Shown: positions 18,706 through 28,097, numbered from the stretch's first letter. The stretch is 32,000 nucleotides of DNA from Candidatus Saccharimonadota bacterium (GCA_023898425.1 CP060222.1:870001-902000); one strand, 5' to 3'. Numbers and translations: made by a program. Notes: generated by a model from the letters alone, not told the origin.

Positions 18706-19390
18706 TTAGAGATTTTGATCAATACTCTCTAAAAGTTTTTCTGCCTTGTGTTTACCACCGAGACCAAAGGCAATACCTCCTGCGAGGGAGAACATCACCA
18801 CAATGCCGGACAATACGATTTGGATCAAGCTCGTAGCGATACCGAGCTGCACTAAAGCCGCCATCAAGGTAAAGATGACAATCGACCACTTAGCGAGACC
18901 AGAGAGAAAACCTGCAAAGCCTGAAGCGACTTTAGATGCTTCGACGCCTTTTTTTACAAGGTCTTGTACAAACTTACCTACAATCAAGCCTACACGGCTG
19001 GGATGATAATAGCCACAATGACATTAGGGATATAGAGCGCGATTTGCTGCAAGAAGTTGGTTACTTGCGTAAGCTCAAGCACATCTACAACGGCAATAAA
19101 GACAACGATGTTCAAGAACCATTTTACTACCCAAGAAACAAGACCAGAGAACGAAAACCCTAAACCATAAGATTCTAACTCTTTTTAACGCCGATCTTTT
19201 CTAAAGCATTATCAATCTTTGTGTATCTCAATACCGCTCGCACGGCTCTTGCCACAAGAGAAGCAATAAAAAGACCAATAAGTAATGCGAGTAGTGCGCC
19301 AATAATTTTTGGTGTATAGGAGATAAATTGGCTCATCATCCCTTGCCCGGATGCGGTAAGCGCTTCACTCCATGAGGTAAAATAGTTCAT
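18706..19390 (-). pseudogene. conserved TM-helix repeat (PF05552-type, CmpX-like) small membrane protein with two frameshifts
   Basis: MNYFTSWSEALTASGQGMMSQFISYTPKIIGALLALLIGLFIASLVARAVRAVLRYTKIDNALEKIGV | ..LGFSFSGLVSWVVKWFLNIVVFIAVVDVLELTQVTNFLQQIALYIPNVIVAIII | LIVGKFVQDLVKKGVEASKV..GIAFGLGGKHKAEKLLESIDQNL lie in three frames. The first shift is at an A5 run near 19180. Confidence 0.6.
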
Positions 19391-19450
19391 AGGTATGTGG
19401 TAAATTATTGTATTTAAATGAATTACTTACCTAACCTTAGCACAAAAAAC

Positions 19451-19480
19451 AAAAAACGTCCTGTTTTAGGACGTTTTTTG
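19451..19480 (-). terminator. terminator just 3' of tRNA-Ala
   Basis: Plus-strand sequence aaaaaACGTCCtgttttaGGACGTtttttg. On the minus strand the hairpin is followed by a T-run. Confidence 0.7.
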
Positions 19481-19481
19481 G

Positions 19482-19558
19482 TGGTGGACCGTGTCGGATT
19501 CGAACCGACGACCCCCTGCTTGCAAAGCAGGTGCTCTAGCCAACTGAGCTAACAGCCC
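19482..19558 (-). tRNA. tRNA-Ala (anticodon UGC), CCA encoded
   Basis: Minus strand GGGCTGTTAGCTCAGTTGGCTAGAGCACCTGCTTTGCAAGCAGGGGGTCGTCGGTTCGAATCCGACACGGTCCACCA. It folds as a cloverleaf, the anticodon loop is TTTGCAA, the G3:U70 alanine identity pair is present, and the T-loop is GGTTCGAATCC. Confidence 0.95.
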
Positions 19559-19703
19559 TTAACCAGATATACTTGTTCAAATCGATTGATAAGCACCAAA
19601 TGTATCGTGGGCGCAATTTAACAGATAGCAAGAAACATTGCAATATCCTTGACGGTAAACCTATATTTTAGTAGCATTCTCGTCCCTCAAATACAGGTGT
19701 ACC

Positions 19704-20051
19704 TTGTTTGCACAATCAACCTACCCCGTAGCACATTCTTCTGAAAACTCACCCGTCCGTTGCCTCTACTCAAAGGAGCTCAGCTCCCCAGTACAACGGG
19801 TCTATTTTTTCAAAACTGACACGGACGGCGTCTATCTCAGCTTTTCGCGATATCTCATCACACAGCCAAAGGAACAATGGCTGATACGTATCATTCGAGT
19901 TAAGCCAGATATTCACGTCATCGGGCGTTTTACTCTGGGCGTGAGTGATTTGAAGTTTGAAAACCAGATTAGCTTTAACTTGCCAATCTCAACGAACGGA
20001 ATGCGCCAACATAAATGCTACCAGCTAGAAGGCGTATCGTTCATCGATTAG
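19704..20051 (+). CDS. hypothetical protein (115 aa)
   Basis: TTG start 4 nt after AGGTG. No recognisable motif. A hairpin (ACCCGCAGAcactcTCTGCGGGT, 20058-20080) follows the stop. Confidence 0.45.
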   Translation: MFAQSTYPVAHSSENSPVRCLYSKELSSPVQRVYFFKTDTDGVYLSFSRYLITQPKEQWLIRIIRVKPDIHVIGRFTLGVSDLKFENQISFNLPISTNGMRQHKCYQLEGVSFID

Positions 20052-20090
20052 GATCTCACCCGCAGACACTCTCTGCGGGTTTGACATTTT

Positions 20091-20119
20091 TTGGTGTTTT
20101 TCACCAAAAGCACTATAAT
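20091..20119 (+). promoter_or_regulatory. putative promoter of the DoxX gene (near-leaderless)
   Basis: TTGGTG (20091-20096), 17 nt, consensus TATAAT (20114-20119), then 9 nt to ATG 20129. No Shine-Dalgarno. Confidence 0.4.
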
Positions 20120-20128
20120 AGGTATACT

Positions 20129-20605
20129 ATGATGAACAATTTACTTTGTAAGACAGACTGCCATGGCAAATGTCGCCAATGGGGTCTCCTTATTCTTCGC
20201 GTGGTTATTGGTGCGATTTTTATTTCGCATGGTTATGGCAAGCTAACTGGCTCGCCTTCACTTGAGATGTTCTCAGGCATGCTTGGTGGAATCGGCGTTC
20301 CGGCTCCAATGTTCTTTGCCTGGGTCGTTGCATTAACTGAATTTTTGGGTGGTATTGCTCTTGTGCTTGGTATCTTTGTTAAGCCAGCAGCATATCTATT
20401 GGCTTTTGTAATGTTTATCGCCCTCTGGAGAGTTAAAGGCTTTGCTATCTTCTCCAAAGGCGAAATTGATTTTGCCCTTCTTGGTGCAACACTCGCCATT
20501 GCTATGATGGGATCTGGTAAATTTGGTGTAGCTCATCGTGCTTGTGGTTGCTGCAAAGACGGTGTCTGCTCAGCAGAGAAAGCTGACGAAATGAAAAAGG
20601 CCTAA
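20129..20605 (+). CDS. DoxX family membrane protein with a Cys-rich tail
   Basis: LLILRVVIGAIFISHGYGKL, LTEFLGGIALVLGIF and four TM helices are typical of DoxX. The start is taken at the internal ATG 20129, because the longer ORF crosses the upstream terminator. The C-terminus has CGCCKDGVC. Confidence 0.8.
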   Translation: MMNNLLCKTDCHGKCRQWGLLILRVVIGAIFISHGYGKLTGSPSLEMFSGMLGGIGVPAPMFFAWVVALTEFLGGIALVLGIFVKPAAYLLAFVMFIALWRVKGFAIFSKGEIDFALLGATLAIAMMGSGKFGVAHRACGCCKDGVCSAEKADEMKKA

Positions 20606-20620
20606 ATTTAAAAACTATAA

Positions 20621-20651
20621 AAACACCTCCGGTTTTATCGGAGGTGTTTTT
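20621..20651. terminator. bidirectional terminator between DoxX and femAB
   Basis: aaaCACCTCCGgttttatCGGAGGTGttttt. Confidence 0.8.
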
Positions 20652-21635
20652 AGATATTACGTATTCTTTGAATCAAGGTGTACATCTTTTTTTGCAATGG
20701 TAAATCCCAGGTTCCTGCATACCGTACAAGTTCACCTCCCCAACCGGATTTAAAACGTGTGATACCTTTCCAACTTGGTTTATAGAAAAGGTCTTCTTCA
20801 CTCTCTGGATTACATCCCCACAAGTCATACCAATGCTTCCCTTCTGACTTTGCTGCTTTGATAGCTTCAAGATGAAGCGCAAATGGAGCCATTACTTCTC
20901 GTTGCTCAGAAGACGAAGCTCCAAAAGATAGGTGATTGTATCTTCACTTACAGTCTCTATAGACGCTGCAAGCAATACCCCTTCTTTTTCTGCTAATCGT
21001 AAACGAATAAGCCCACTTGGCGCTAATTCTTGAAAGAGCTTTTTTACATAGCTGGAGCTTAGTGGCTTAAAGCCATCGCGTTTTGCTGTTTCTTCTTCTA
21101 GTTCTATGTAGCGATCAATATCTTGTGCGTTGCCTACACGCACCTTTACTCCGTGTCGCTCCGCAAGGCGGGCATTGTAGCGTGTTTTGCTATGCATTCC
21201 TGCAAGTAACTCTTCTTCTGTTTGTGTGAGATCTATAAGTCTAGTGACTGCCGGTTGATAAGAGCGTCTAGGTACTAAGCCCAACTCTTTGTAGTCTTCT
21301 TCGGGCATTCTTGGTTCGATACGTAAAAAAGTGGCATCGACAAAATAATCTCGTAATTGAGTGATTGCCTGTTTACATTGTTCTGATGTTGCACTCGTTA
21401 ATTCAAAAGGACCATAAGGAAGCATCCAATAATTGAGTGCAAAAAATGTTGCTTGCTGTATTGCTTGTGCAGCAAATAACCTTGTTCCATCTTCATGTAT
21501 AAAAACGATGCGTTTTACTTTTTTTCCTAATGATTCTTGAGCCTCTCCCCACTTCCAAGACCACAAAAACGATTGGTGCTCTTTTGGTAAAAGCGCCGTC
21601 CACTCTGATTCAGTAGCGATTTCTTTCCAGGGCAT
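20650..21635 (-). pseudogene. FemAB-family peptidoglycan interpeptide-bridge aminoacyltransferase, with a single frameshift
   Basis: 247-aa N-terminal ORF (..MHSKTRYNARLAERHGVKV..) plus an 80-aa C-terminal ORF (MAPFALHLEAIKAAKSEGKHWYDLWG..RFKSGWGG). The C-terminal frame extends upstream as FGASSSEQREV. Adding one T to the T4 run (plus-strand A4 at 20923-20926) restores ..TITYLFGASSSEQREVMAPF... Confidence 0.8.
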
Positions 21636-21637
21636 AG

Positions 21638-22195
21638 TTATTTTACGAGAAGCTTAAGAGCATAGCGTACTTTGTCTGATGGATCCGTGATGCTATCAGG
21701 AATATGCTTGCACACCTCTTTTGCTTGAGAGGCTGAGTAACCCAATCCAATAAGCGCTTGCGCAACTTCTTGATCGGCAGATGATTCATCTTCTTTAGAA
21801 ACGAGCTGCCCTTTAAGCTCAAGAATAATTTTTTGCGCTGTTTTTGTTCCTACTCCAGGCACTGAAGTTAAAAAGGATAAGTTGCCTGCCATAATGGCCG
21901 TCTGCACCTGATCAGCAGAGCCGGTAGAAAGAATCGTGAGAGCCGCCTTTGGTCCAACGCCTGAGATACTTAATAGCTTCTCAAAAAGCTCAAGGTCACT
22001 TAAATGCAAAAAACCAAATAAGTCTCTTTGGTCCTCGCGAACATGGTCATGGATATAAAGAAAAGCGTTTTGCTTGCCCGAAAGATCAGAAGAAACCGTA
22101 GAGCTGATACGGATACGATATCCTACGCCGTTTACCTCAAGAATCATCCAATCGATGCTTTTTTCTATTATTTCTCCACGTAATGATCCGATCAT
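21638..22195 (-). CDS. ruvA: Holliday junction branch migration complex subunit RuvA
   Basis: MIGSLRGEIIEKSIDWMILEVNGVGYRI.., two HhH motifs (ISGVGPKAALTIL, VPGVGTKTAQKIILEL) and the C-terminal domain III. The start is the internal ATG 22195. The stop lies 2 nt from the femAB start. Confidence 0.9.
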   Translation of the reverse strand: MIGSLRGEIIEKSIDWMILEVNGVGYRIRISSTVSSDLSGKQNAFLYIHDHVREDQRDLFGFLHLSDLELFEKLLSISGVGPKAALTILSTGSADQVQTAIMAGNLSFLTSVPGVGTKTAQKIILELKGQLVSKEDESSADQEVAQALIGLGYSASQAKEVCKHIPDSITDPSDKVRYALKLLVK

Positions 22196-22318
22196 ATGCC
22201 CTGATGGTAAGGGGGAAACCCGTTTGGAGCAAGCATTGACCATTTCTTGTCACTCTCTTGCTCGTTTGAGAGACTACTTAAGGTTCCTTCACATACGAGG
22301 GAGAGAAAGAAGGTAATT

Positions 22319-22798
22319 GTGAGCAAAGAACAGCCAATAGGCAGTCTTATCGTTGTCGTAGGCAAGCGTGGCGCCGGCGTCTCAACCGAACTCTGCTATC
22401 TGTCGCATGCCATGAACGGAAGAGAATATTACACGGTTACAGCTACGGCTAAACCGATGAACAATCCTCACGTACCTAATGCGAACCATCAGAGCATCCC
22501 AGCAATGGGCCTTAACGGTGAGTCTGCTCCTCTCTGGAGTTTTCTCGAAGAGAATATGCATGGCAAACAAGTATGGCTGATCATTGACTCTGCCGAGTGC
22601 TTCAAGAACCAAGACGATGCTTTTGATACCATTAACGCCATTCGAGAAAAAGGGCACCATGTGCTTATCGGTGGTCTAGATGGCACGCTCCTTATTGAGA
22701 AGCTTGTCATGGTTGCTCAACACATCCACCCAAACAATGTCCGCATCGTGAGGCCTCTGTGCCTCAAGCATGGGCTCTTTCATGAGGCATGCTCATGA
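22319..22798 (+). CDS. degenerate thymidine kinase-like paralog (predicted inactive)
   Basis: GTG 22319 after GAAGG. Its layout parallels the downstream TK: GSLIVVVGKRGAGVSTEL versus VIAGPMGSGKS, WLIIDSAECF versus VAIDEAQFL, VLIGGLDGT versus IVAGGLDTDF. The Walker A Lys and the DEAQ Glu are replaced, and the C-terminal Cys/His pair is missing. Its stop overlaps the tdk start (ATGA). Confidence 0.6.
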   Translation: MSKEQPIGSLIVVVGKRGAGVSTELCYLSHAMNGREYYTVTATAKPMNNPHVPNANHQSIPAMGLNGESAPLWSFLEENMHGKQVWLIIDSAECFKNQDDAFDTINAIREKGHHVLIGGLDGTLLIEKLVMVAQHIHPNNVRIVRPLCLKHGLFHEACS

Positions 22799-23421
22799 GC
22801 CAGCTTCGCCGTGGGCATCTTTCCGTTATCGCCGGCCCTATGGGCTCTGGCAAATCCATAAGAATGATTGAGGCTATCTCGCTGGCCAAGATACGCAAGC
22901 TACGTGTATGCGCCGTAAAACCCACTCTTGATACGAGAGATGGATCAACGATCAAAACACGCCTCGCTATTGAACCGATTCCCGCAATTGGGATATCTAC
23001 GCCAGAAGATTTGCTTCTGGCGACACAAGAAGCTGATTTCGTCGCCATCGATGAAGCACAATTTCTCGATGCATCGATCCTTCCTGCCATTCAAGACCTT
23101 CTGAAAAGAGGTGTTGAAATCGTCGCCGGTGGTCTTGATACCGACTTCTTGGGCAGACCTTATGGCATCATGCCGCAGCTTCTGGCGATGGCAGACGATG
23201 TCACTAAGATGAAGGCCGTTTGCACACTATGCTCAAAAAAGCTTGCGACGCGTACAAACTTTACTTTTCACCCTCAGGGTGAGGATGAGTCATTCGAATT
23301 ATTCGCTTATCGTCGTCAAAAACTAGAAGATTTTCTCAGCGGTAAGTCGCATGAGCTTGTTGGTGATATGGGCGCCTACGAACCCCGATGTCCTGATCAC
23401 CACTTTTCTCCCTCCTTTTGA
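22795..23421 (+). CDS. tdk: thymidine kinase (TK1-type)
   Basis: GPMGSGKS P-loop, IDEAQF, GGLDTDF, and the CTLC ... CPDHH zinc-ribbon pair. Alternative start at ATG 22789. The lasso region is unusually long (..FTFHPQGEDESFELFAYRRQKLEDFLSGKSHELVGDMGAYEPRC). Confidence 0.85.
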   Translation: MSQLRRGHLSVIAGPMGSGKSIRMIEAISLAKIRKLRVCAVKPTLDTRDGSTIKTRLAIEPIPAIGISTPEDLLLATQEADFVAIDEAQFLDASILPAIQDLLKRGVEIVAGGLDTDFLGRPYGIMPQLLAMADDVTKMKAVCTLCSKKLATRTNFTFHPQGEDESFELFAYRRQKLEDFLSGKSHELVGDMGAYEPRCPDHHFSPSF

Positions 23422-23437
23422 TCAACCGCCCTACAAG

Positions 23438-23465
23438 AAACCCCACTCTCTCGAGTGGGGTTTGA
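23438..23465. terminator. bidirectional terminator between tdk and gyrA
   Basis: aaaCCCCACTCtctcGAGTGGGGttt. Confidence 0.75.
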
Positions 23466-23475
23466 TCTATCTTTT

Positions 23476-25980
23476 TTATTCTTCGTCTGTCGTGACTTCT
23501 CCGTGCTCGACAAATGTTACCGAGCTTACGAGATCACCATCTTCTTTAAAGCGCATGAGACGGACACCTTGTGTGTCACGGCTAAGCTCAGGCACGGACT
23601 TGAACGGCGTTCGAACGACGATACCTTTTTTGGAGATCATCACGAGATCACGTTCATCCTCTTTGCTTGAGATATAAGCGTTTACAACACCACCCGTTTT
23701 TGCACTGACTTTTGCTGTACGAATACCAGATCCGCCACGGCCTTGTGCGCGATATTCGCTCACATCGGTGCGTTTACCCATACCGTTTTGTGTAATAACG
23801 AAGAGCGCGAGCTCACCTTTGTCTGCAAGCTTTGGATTAATGACATCCATTGCCACAACATAGTCTTTGCCTTTGAGAGTGATACCACGAACACCGGCGG
23901 CTGTGCGACCCATTGAGCGAACACCGTCTTCGTTAAAGCGAATACTTTGACCTTCGCGAGTAACGAGCGAGATATCATCCTTACCGCTTGATGGCTTTAC
24001 CCAGACAAGCTCGTCTGATTCATGAAGTGTAATCGCGATAAGACCGGATCGTCTTACATTGGAGAATTCTTCGATACCAGATTTTTTAATTGTTCCTTGA
24101 CGCGTGACCATCACAAGATGTTTTGAACCATCGATATCATCCATTGGCAAGGTGACGGTGACCTTTTCGCCTGGAGCAAGTTGCAAGAAGTTTACAATTG
24201 CTTGTCCTTTAGATGTACGTGTTGCTTGTGGTAACTCGTAGGCTTTAAGACGGAAGACGCGACCACGACTCGTAAAGAACATGATTTCGGTATGCGTATT
24301 TGTTGTAAACATGGTACGCACAGCATCTTCTTCTTTTGTGGCAACACCAACGATACCCTTACCGCCACGATGTTGAGCTTTAAATGTATCCGGAGGTAAT
24401 CGCTTGATGTACCCATCGTCGGTAAGCATGATCAGACACTGTTCTTGTGGCACAAGATCCTCCATAGAAAACTCTCCAACAGGACCAGGGATGATGAGCG
24501 TACGACGTGCGTCACCAAACTTGTCGCGCAAGCCTTCGACTTCGGCTTTAATGATATTTAACATCTTTTTTACGGATGCAAGAATCGATTCAAGTTCATC
24601 AATAATTTTCTTTTTCTCTTCCCATTCTTGTTCAACTTTTAAACGCTCAAGGTTTGCGAGTTGTTGCAAACGCATATCGAGAATCGCTTGTGACTGGATT
24701 TCTGAAAGCTTAAACTTGGACATCAAATTTGATTTTGCCTCATCCTTGTCTTTGGATTTTTTAATCGTTGCGATGATTTCATCGATATGCAAAAGCGCAA
24801 TACGCAAACCTTCTAAGATATGAATACGTTCTTTTGCGCGGTCAAGATCGTATTGCGTACGACGACGCACCACTTCTTTGCGATGAGAGATGTATTCTTC
24901 AAGAATGTGTTTAAGCGTCAAAATACGTGGCTGAATACCATCAATCAAACAAAGTGAGTTTACGTGAAACGCCTCTTGGAGCTGTGTAAACTTAAAGAGC
25001 TGATTGAGAACTTTCTTTGGATAGGAATCTTTTTTGAGATCAATCACCATGCGAATACCCTCTTTGTTGGATTCGTCACGAAGATCACGAATGCCTTCGA
25101 TACGCTTTTCTGTCACAAGCTCAGCCATCTTTTCGAGAAGATTTGCTTTGTTTACTTGGTAAGGCAATTCACTCACGATAATTTGAAAATTACCTGCTTT
25201 TTCTTCTATAATTTCTGTTTTTGCACGCATGACGATACCGCCACGGCCTGTTGCATAGGCCTGCATGATGGCGTTTTTGTCATAAATAATACCACCGGTA
25301 GGAAAATCAGGACCAGGGATAATAGCAACAAGCTCTTCGATGGTGAGGTCGCCGTTTTCGATAAGCGCGATAATACCGTTACAAACCTCCGTAAGGTTAT
25401 GTGGCGGAATATTCGTTGCCATACCTACAGCAATACCGAGTGTACCGTTTAAAACAAGATTAGGAAGTTTGCCCGGTAATACACGCGGCTCATCATGTGA
25501 ACCGTCGTAGTTTGGACGAAAATCAACGGTATTTTTATCGATATCAAAAAGCATTTCTTCGGCAATCGGTGAGAGCTTGGCTTCTGTATAACGATAGGCA
25601 GCAGCAGAGTCACCATCTACCGAACCAAAGTTACCTTGACCACGCACAAGTGGATAGCGCAAAGAAAACTCTTGCACCATACGCACCATTGCTTCGTAAA
25701 CCGATGAATCACCATGAGGGTGATACTTACCAAGCACGTCACCAACAACCGTTGCTGACTTACGAAACTTTGCGCTTGAACGCAAACCAGAGTTCCACAT
25801 TGAGTAGAGAATGCGTCGATGAACCGGTTTTAAGCCATCACGGACATCTGGCAAAGCACGGTCAACAATAACGGACATGGCATAGTCCAAAAAGGCCGTC
25901 TTTACTTCGTCCACAAGTGGAGCGGATGTGACACCGTGTGGCAACTCTGCTGGTTGCTCGTTGTTGATTTCTTCTTCCAT
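23476..25980 (-). CDS. gyrA: DNA gyrase subunit A
   Basis: 834-aa [20 protein letters not shown], the active-site region [11 protein letters not shown], and C-terminal beta-pinwheel repeats. Confidence 0.97.
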   Translation of the reverse strand: MEEEINNEQPAELPHGVTSAPLVDEVKTAFLDYAMSVIVDRALPDVRDGLKPVHRRILYSMWNSGLRSSAKFRKSATVVGDVLGKYHPHGDSSVYEAMVRMVQEFSLRYPLVRGQGNFGSVDGDSAAAYRYTEAKLSPIAEEMLFDIDKNTVDFRPNYDGSHDEPRVLPGKLPNLVLNGTLGIAVGMATNIPPHNLTEVCNGIIALIENGDLTIEELVAIIPGPDFPTGGIIYDKNAIMQAYATGRGGIVMRAKTEIIEEKAGNFQIIVSELPYQVNKANLLEKMAELVTEKRIEGIRDLRDESNKEGIRMVIDLKKDSYPKKVLNQLFKFTQLQEAFHVNSLCLIDGIQPRILTLKHILEEYISHRKEVVRRRTQYDLDRAKERIHILEGLRIALLHIDEIIATIKKSKDKDEAKSNLMSKFKLSEIQSQAILDMRLQQLANLERLKVEQEWEEKKKIIDELESILASVKKMLNIIKAEVEGLRDKFGDARRTLIIPGPVGEFSMEDLVPQEQCLIMLTDDGYIKRLPPDTFKAQHRGGKGIVGVATKEEDAVRTMFTTNTHTEIMFFTSRGRVFRLKAYELPQATRTSKGQAIVNFLQLAPGEKVTVTLPMDDIDGSKHLVMVTRQGTIKKSGIEEFSNVRRSGLIAITLHESDELVWVKPSSGKDDISLVTREGQSIRFNEDGVRSMGRTAAGVRGITLKGKDYVVAMDVINPKLADKGELALFVITQNGMGKRTDVSEYRAQGRGGSGIRTAKVSAKTGGVVNAYISSKEDERDLVMISKKGIVVRTPFKSVPELSRDTQGVRLMRFKEDGDLVSSVTFVEHGEVTTDEE

Positions 25981-25987
25981 AGTTTTT

Positions 25988-26395
25988 TTACTGTTGAGTA
26001 GTGGTTGGTGACTCGTTGTTCTTTAGCTCTTTTGCTTGCTGTTGAAACAACTGAACGTCGGACTTAACGGATTCGGCAGTGTACCTAATGGTTTCTATCG
26101 CCGTATCTGGATTTGATGGTTGTGTTAACCATATCCCTCTGCCAAACGAGAGCAGCCAACCCGTCGTTACCATGAGTGTTGAGGCGGCGATCGCGATCAC
26201 ATAACCTAGGTGTGGTCCACGATCTTGATTGGCTCGAGCCGAGGCATGTGCACGAATGAGCTCGTGCTTTTCTTCGGGTGTAAGTATTTTTGGCTCAAGC
26301 GCATCAAAAACATTGCCACGCGCTTTTGGTTTTGAAGCGCGACGCTTTACGACAGATTTTTTTGGCGTCTTCTGTAATGTGCGTGGCATAGTCAT
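25988..26395 (-). CDS. hypothetical single-pass membrane protein
   Basis: 135-aa ORF with a basic N-terminus and one TM ([20 protein letters not shown]). It ends 8 nt before the gyrA start, so it is probably co-transcribed. Confidence 0.55.
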   Translation of the reverse strand: MTMPRTLQKTPKKSVVKRRASKPKARGNVFDALEPKILTPEEKHELIRAHASARANQDRGPHLGYVIAIAASTLMVTTGWLLSFGRGIWLTQPSNPDTAIETIRYTAESVKSDVQLFQQQAKELKNNESPTTTQQ

Positions 26396-26418
26396 GATTA
26401 AAACACGTTCACCTAAGG

Positions 26419-27060
26419 TTAAGCTCGTTCTAAGACGGTTACAACAAGGTCCTCTGATGGGAGATCCTTGCGACTAATCTTGAGCTTATTGGCATTGTTG
26501 CGCTCGCAGACAAGTTCTTTGCAGAAAGCATCTGCCGTACCAAGCTCTTCTTTGAGGCCATCTACATGATAGGCGAGTGGCACAACCATACGAGGCTCAA
26601 CACGAGAGATGGTATCGACAGCTTGTTTTGCGCTCATACGATCTCCGCCACCAACAGGAAGGAGTAAAATATCAATATTTCCTAAAGCTTTTACCTCTTC
26701 ATCATTTAATGTGCGATTGAGCTGCCCAATAAATCCTATGGACATCCCTTCAACCTCAAAACGATACATAAGATGAAAAGGATATTCGTCCCCTTCTGAC
26801 TTAAGGGGCATCGCATAAGCAAAGAACCCGTTTACTTCATACTCACCTGGAGTATTGATGGTAAAAGGATCATTTTGAAATGCATCATTAGGAAAACGCG
26901 CTTCATCTTGATGAGTAAGCGCTACAATATCTGGAGTAAGTGTACGCGGAAAACGTAATCCGCTGTCATTTGCGTAAGGATCCGTTACAAGAACGGCGTC
27001 TTTACCGCCAAAGTTCGCTTCGATGCGAACGCATGAGAGTCCGTGCCAATAAATCTGCAT
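26419..27060 (-). CDS. MBL-fold (Lactamase_B_3-like) protein with a degenerate metal motif
   Basis: MQIYWHGLSCVRIE..VLVTDPY.. and the overall length (213 aa) match small MBL-fold hydrolases. The expected HxHxDH position reads LTHQDEARF. Confidence 0.7.
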   Translation of the reverse strand: MQIYWHGLSCVRIEANFGGKDAVLVTDPYANDSGLRFPRTLTPDIVALTHQDEARFPNDAFQNDPFTINTPGEYEVNGFFAYAMPLKSEGDEYPFHLMYRFEVEGMSIGFIGQLNRTLNDEEVKALGNIDILLLPVGGGDRMSAKQAVDTISRVEPRMVVPLAYHVDGLKEELGTADAFCKELVCERNNANKLKISRKDLPSEDLVVTVLERA

Positions 27061-27172
27061 AAGTAAGCCAAGTAATCAACCTTAGTGGTTAGAGACATTA
27101 TAGCTTATTTACAGGCGAAAATCGAGTTTTCCGTCAAGGGTTAAGCTACTGTGATATACTTAGATCCTATCT

Positions 27173-27640
27173 ATGGAAAATCCCTTTGCAATAGCTCCTA
27201 TTCTTCCAAAAGCTGAGGTAGAAAGCTGGCAACCCCCCGTTATCCCGCGTCATGAATTTCGCGTCGAGTATGTACGATCTTCGGGTCCTGGTGGACAAAA
27301 AGTAAATAAAACATCAAGTGCAGTATTCTTACGCTGGCCAATAAAGCTATCGCAAGCGCTTACGGATGAACAAAAAGACCTCCTTATGGAGAACTTAAAA
27401 AATCGCATCAATGATGCGGGTGAGCTTGTATTAAAAGTTCAAGAATTACGCTCACAAAAGCAAAATCTCGAGCGAGCTATTGAAATAGTCCAAGAGCTTG
27501 TAGAAAAATCCCTTAAACCGCAAATCGAGCGCAAAGCGACCAAACCGAGCAGAGGGGCAAAAGAGCGCCGTTTAGACGAAAAAAGCAAGAAAGGTGCAAT
27601 AAAAATGAATCGAAAGTATCAGCCAGGGCGTGACGACTAA
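27173..27640 (+). CDS. arfB: alternative ribosome-rescue factor ArfB (peptidyl-tRNA hydrolase, GGQ family)
   Basis: 155-aa ORF with SSGPGGQKVNKTSSAV (GGQ motif) and a basic C-terminal tail (KPSRGAKERRLDEKSKKGAIKMNRK). Confidence 0.85.
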   Translation: MENPFAIAPILPKAEVESWQPPVIPRHEFRVEYVRSSGPGGQKVNKTSSAVFLRWPIKLSQALTDEQKDLLMENLKNRINDAGELVLKVQELRSQKQNLERAIEIVQELVEKSLKPQIERKATKPSRGAKERRLDEKSKKGAIKMNRKYQPGRDD

Positions 27641-27656
27641 AGTAAGTATTTAAATA

Positions 27657-27684
27657 TTGACAAAATCCGTATTTCCTGTAGTAT
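27657..27684 (+). promoter_or_regulatory. putative sigma-70-type promoter for the 115-aa orphan
   Basis: Consensus TTGACA (27657-27662), 16-nt spacer, TAGTAT (27679-27684). Confidence 0.45.
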
Positions 27685-27717
27685 ACGGGCTGTCTTGTAA
27701 CTTCATTAACCCTTGAG

Positions 27718-28065
27718 GTGATCGTGCAAAGCGCCCTGACAGAAGAAGATTCTGCCACAGTAGAAAAACTGACCTGGATCTATAATCAAACCTATCCGCG
27801 TCTCCGCAAGGTGCGCGAAATCGTCACACTAGATATGGATGCACAAATTAGCATCCCGCTTTCTGTAGATACAGATGGCTACGGCACAGCCTATATGATC
27901 TATGGACTTCTGAAGTATCTCAAGTGCCCTGATATCCTTTTTTGCCTTACCATCGCAAACGCAAAGCACAGAAGAATTCCACTAGATGCAGAGTGGTTCA
28001 TTAGATCGATAGAAGAAGATCATCCAAATGAACTAACTCGCTATTATGAAAAATACGCTTCCTGA
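27718..28065 (+). CDS. hypothetical protein (115 aa)
   Basis: ORF track. The GTG at 27724 has GAGGTG just upstream and is an alternative start. No motif recognised. A terminator follows. Confidence 0.5.
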   Translation: MIVQSALTEEDSATVEKLTWIYNQTYPRLRKVREIVTLDMDAQISIPLSVDTDGYGTAYMIYGLLKYLKCPDILFCLTIANAKHRRIPLDAEWFIRSIEEDHPNELTRYYEKYAS

Positions 28066-28097
28066 CCCGCTCAACATAATGAGCGGGTTTATTTTTT
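28065..28097 (+). terminator. rho-independent terminator
   Basis: ACCCGCTCAacataaTGAGCGGGTttatttttt. Confidence 0.8.

Noticed and set aside
22764-23090. 108-aa minus-strand ORF across the junction of the TK paralog and tdk
   Set aside because: It is antisense to two motif-supported TK-type frames and has no start signals.
24404-25871. Plus-strand ORFs of 139, 162 and 124 aa inside gyrA
   Set aside because: They are antisense to the uninterrupted, motif-rich gyrA frame. They are shadow ORFs.
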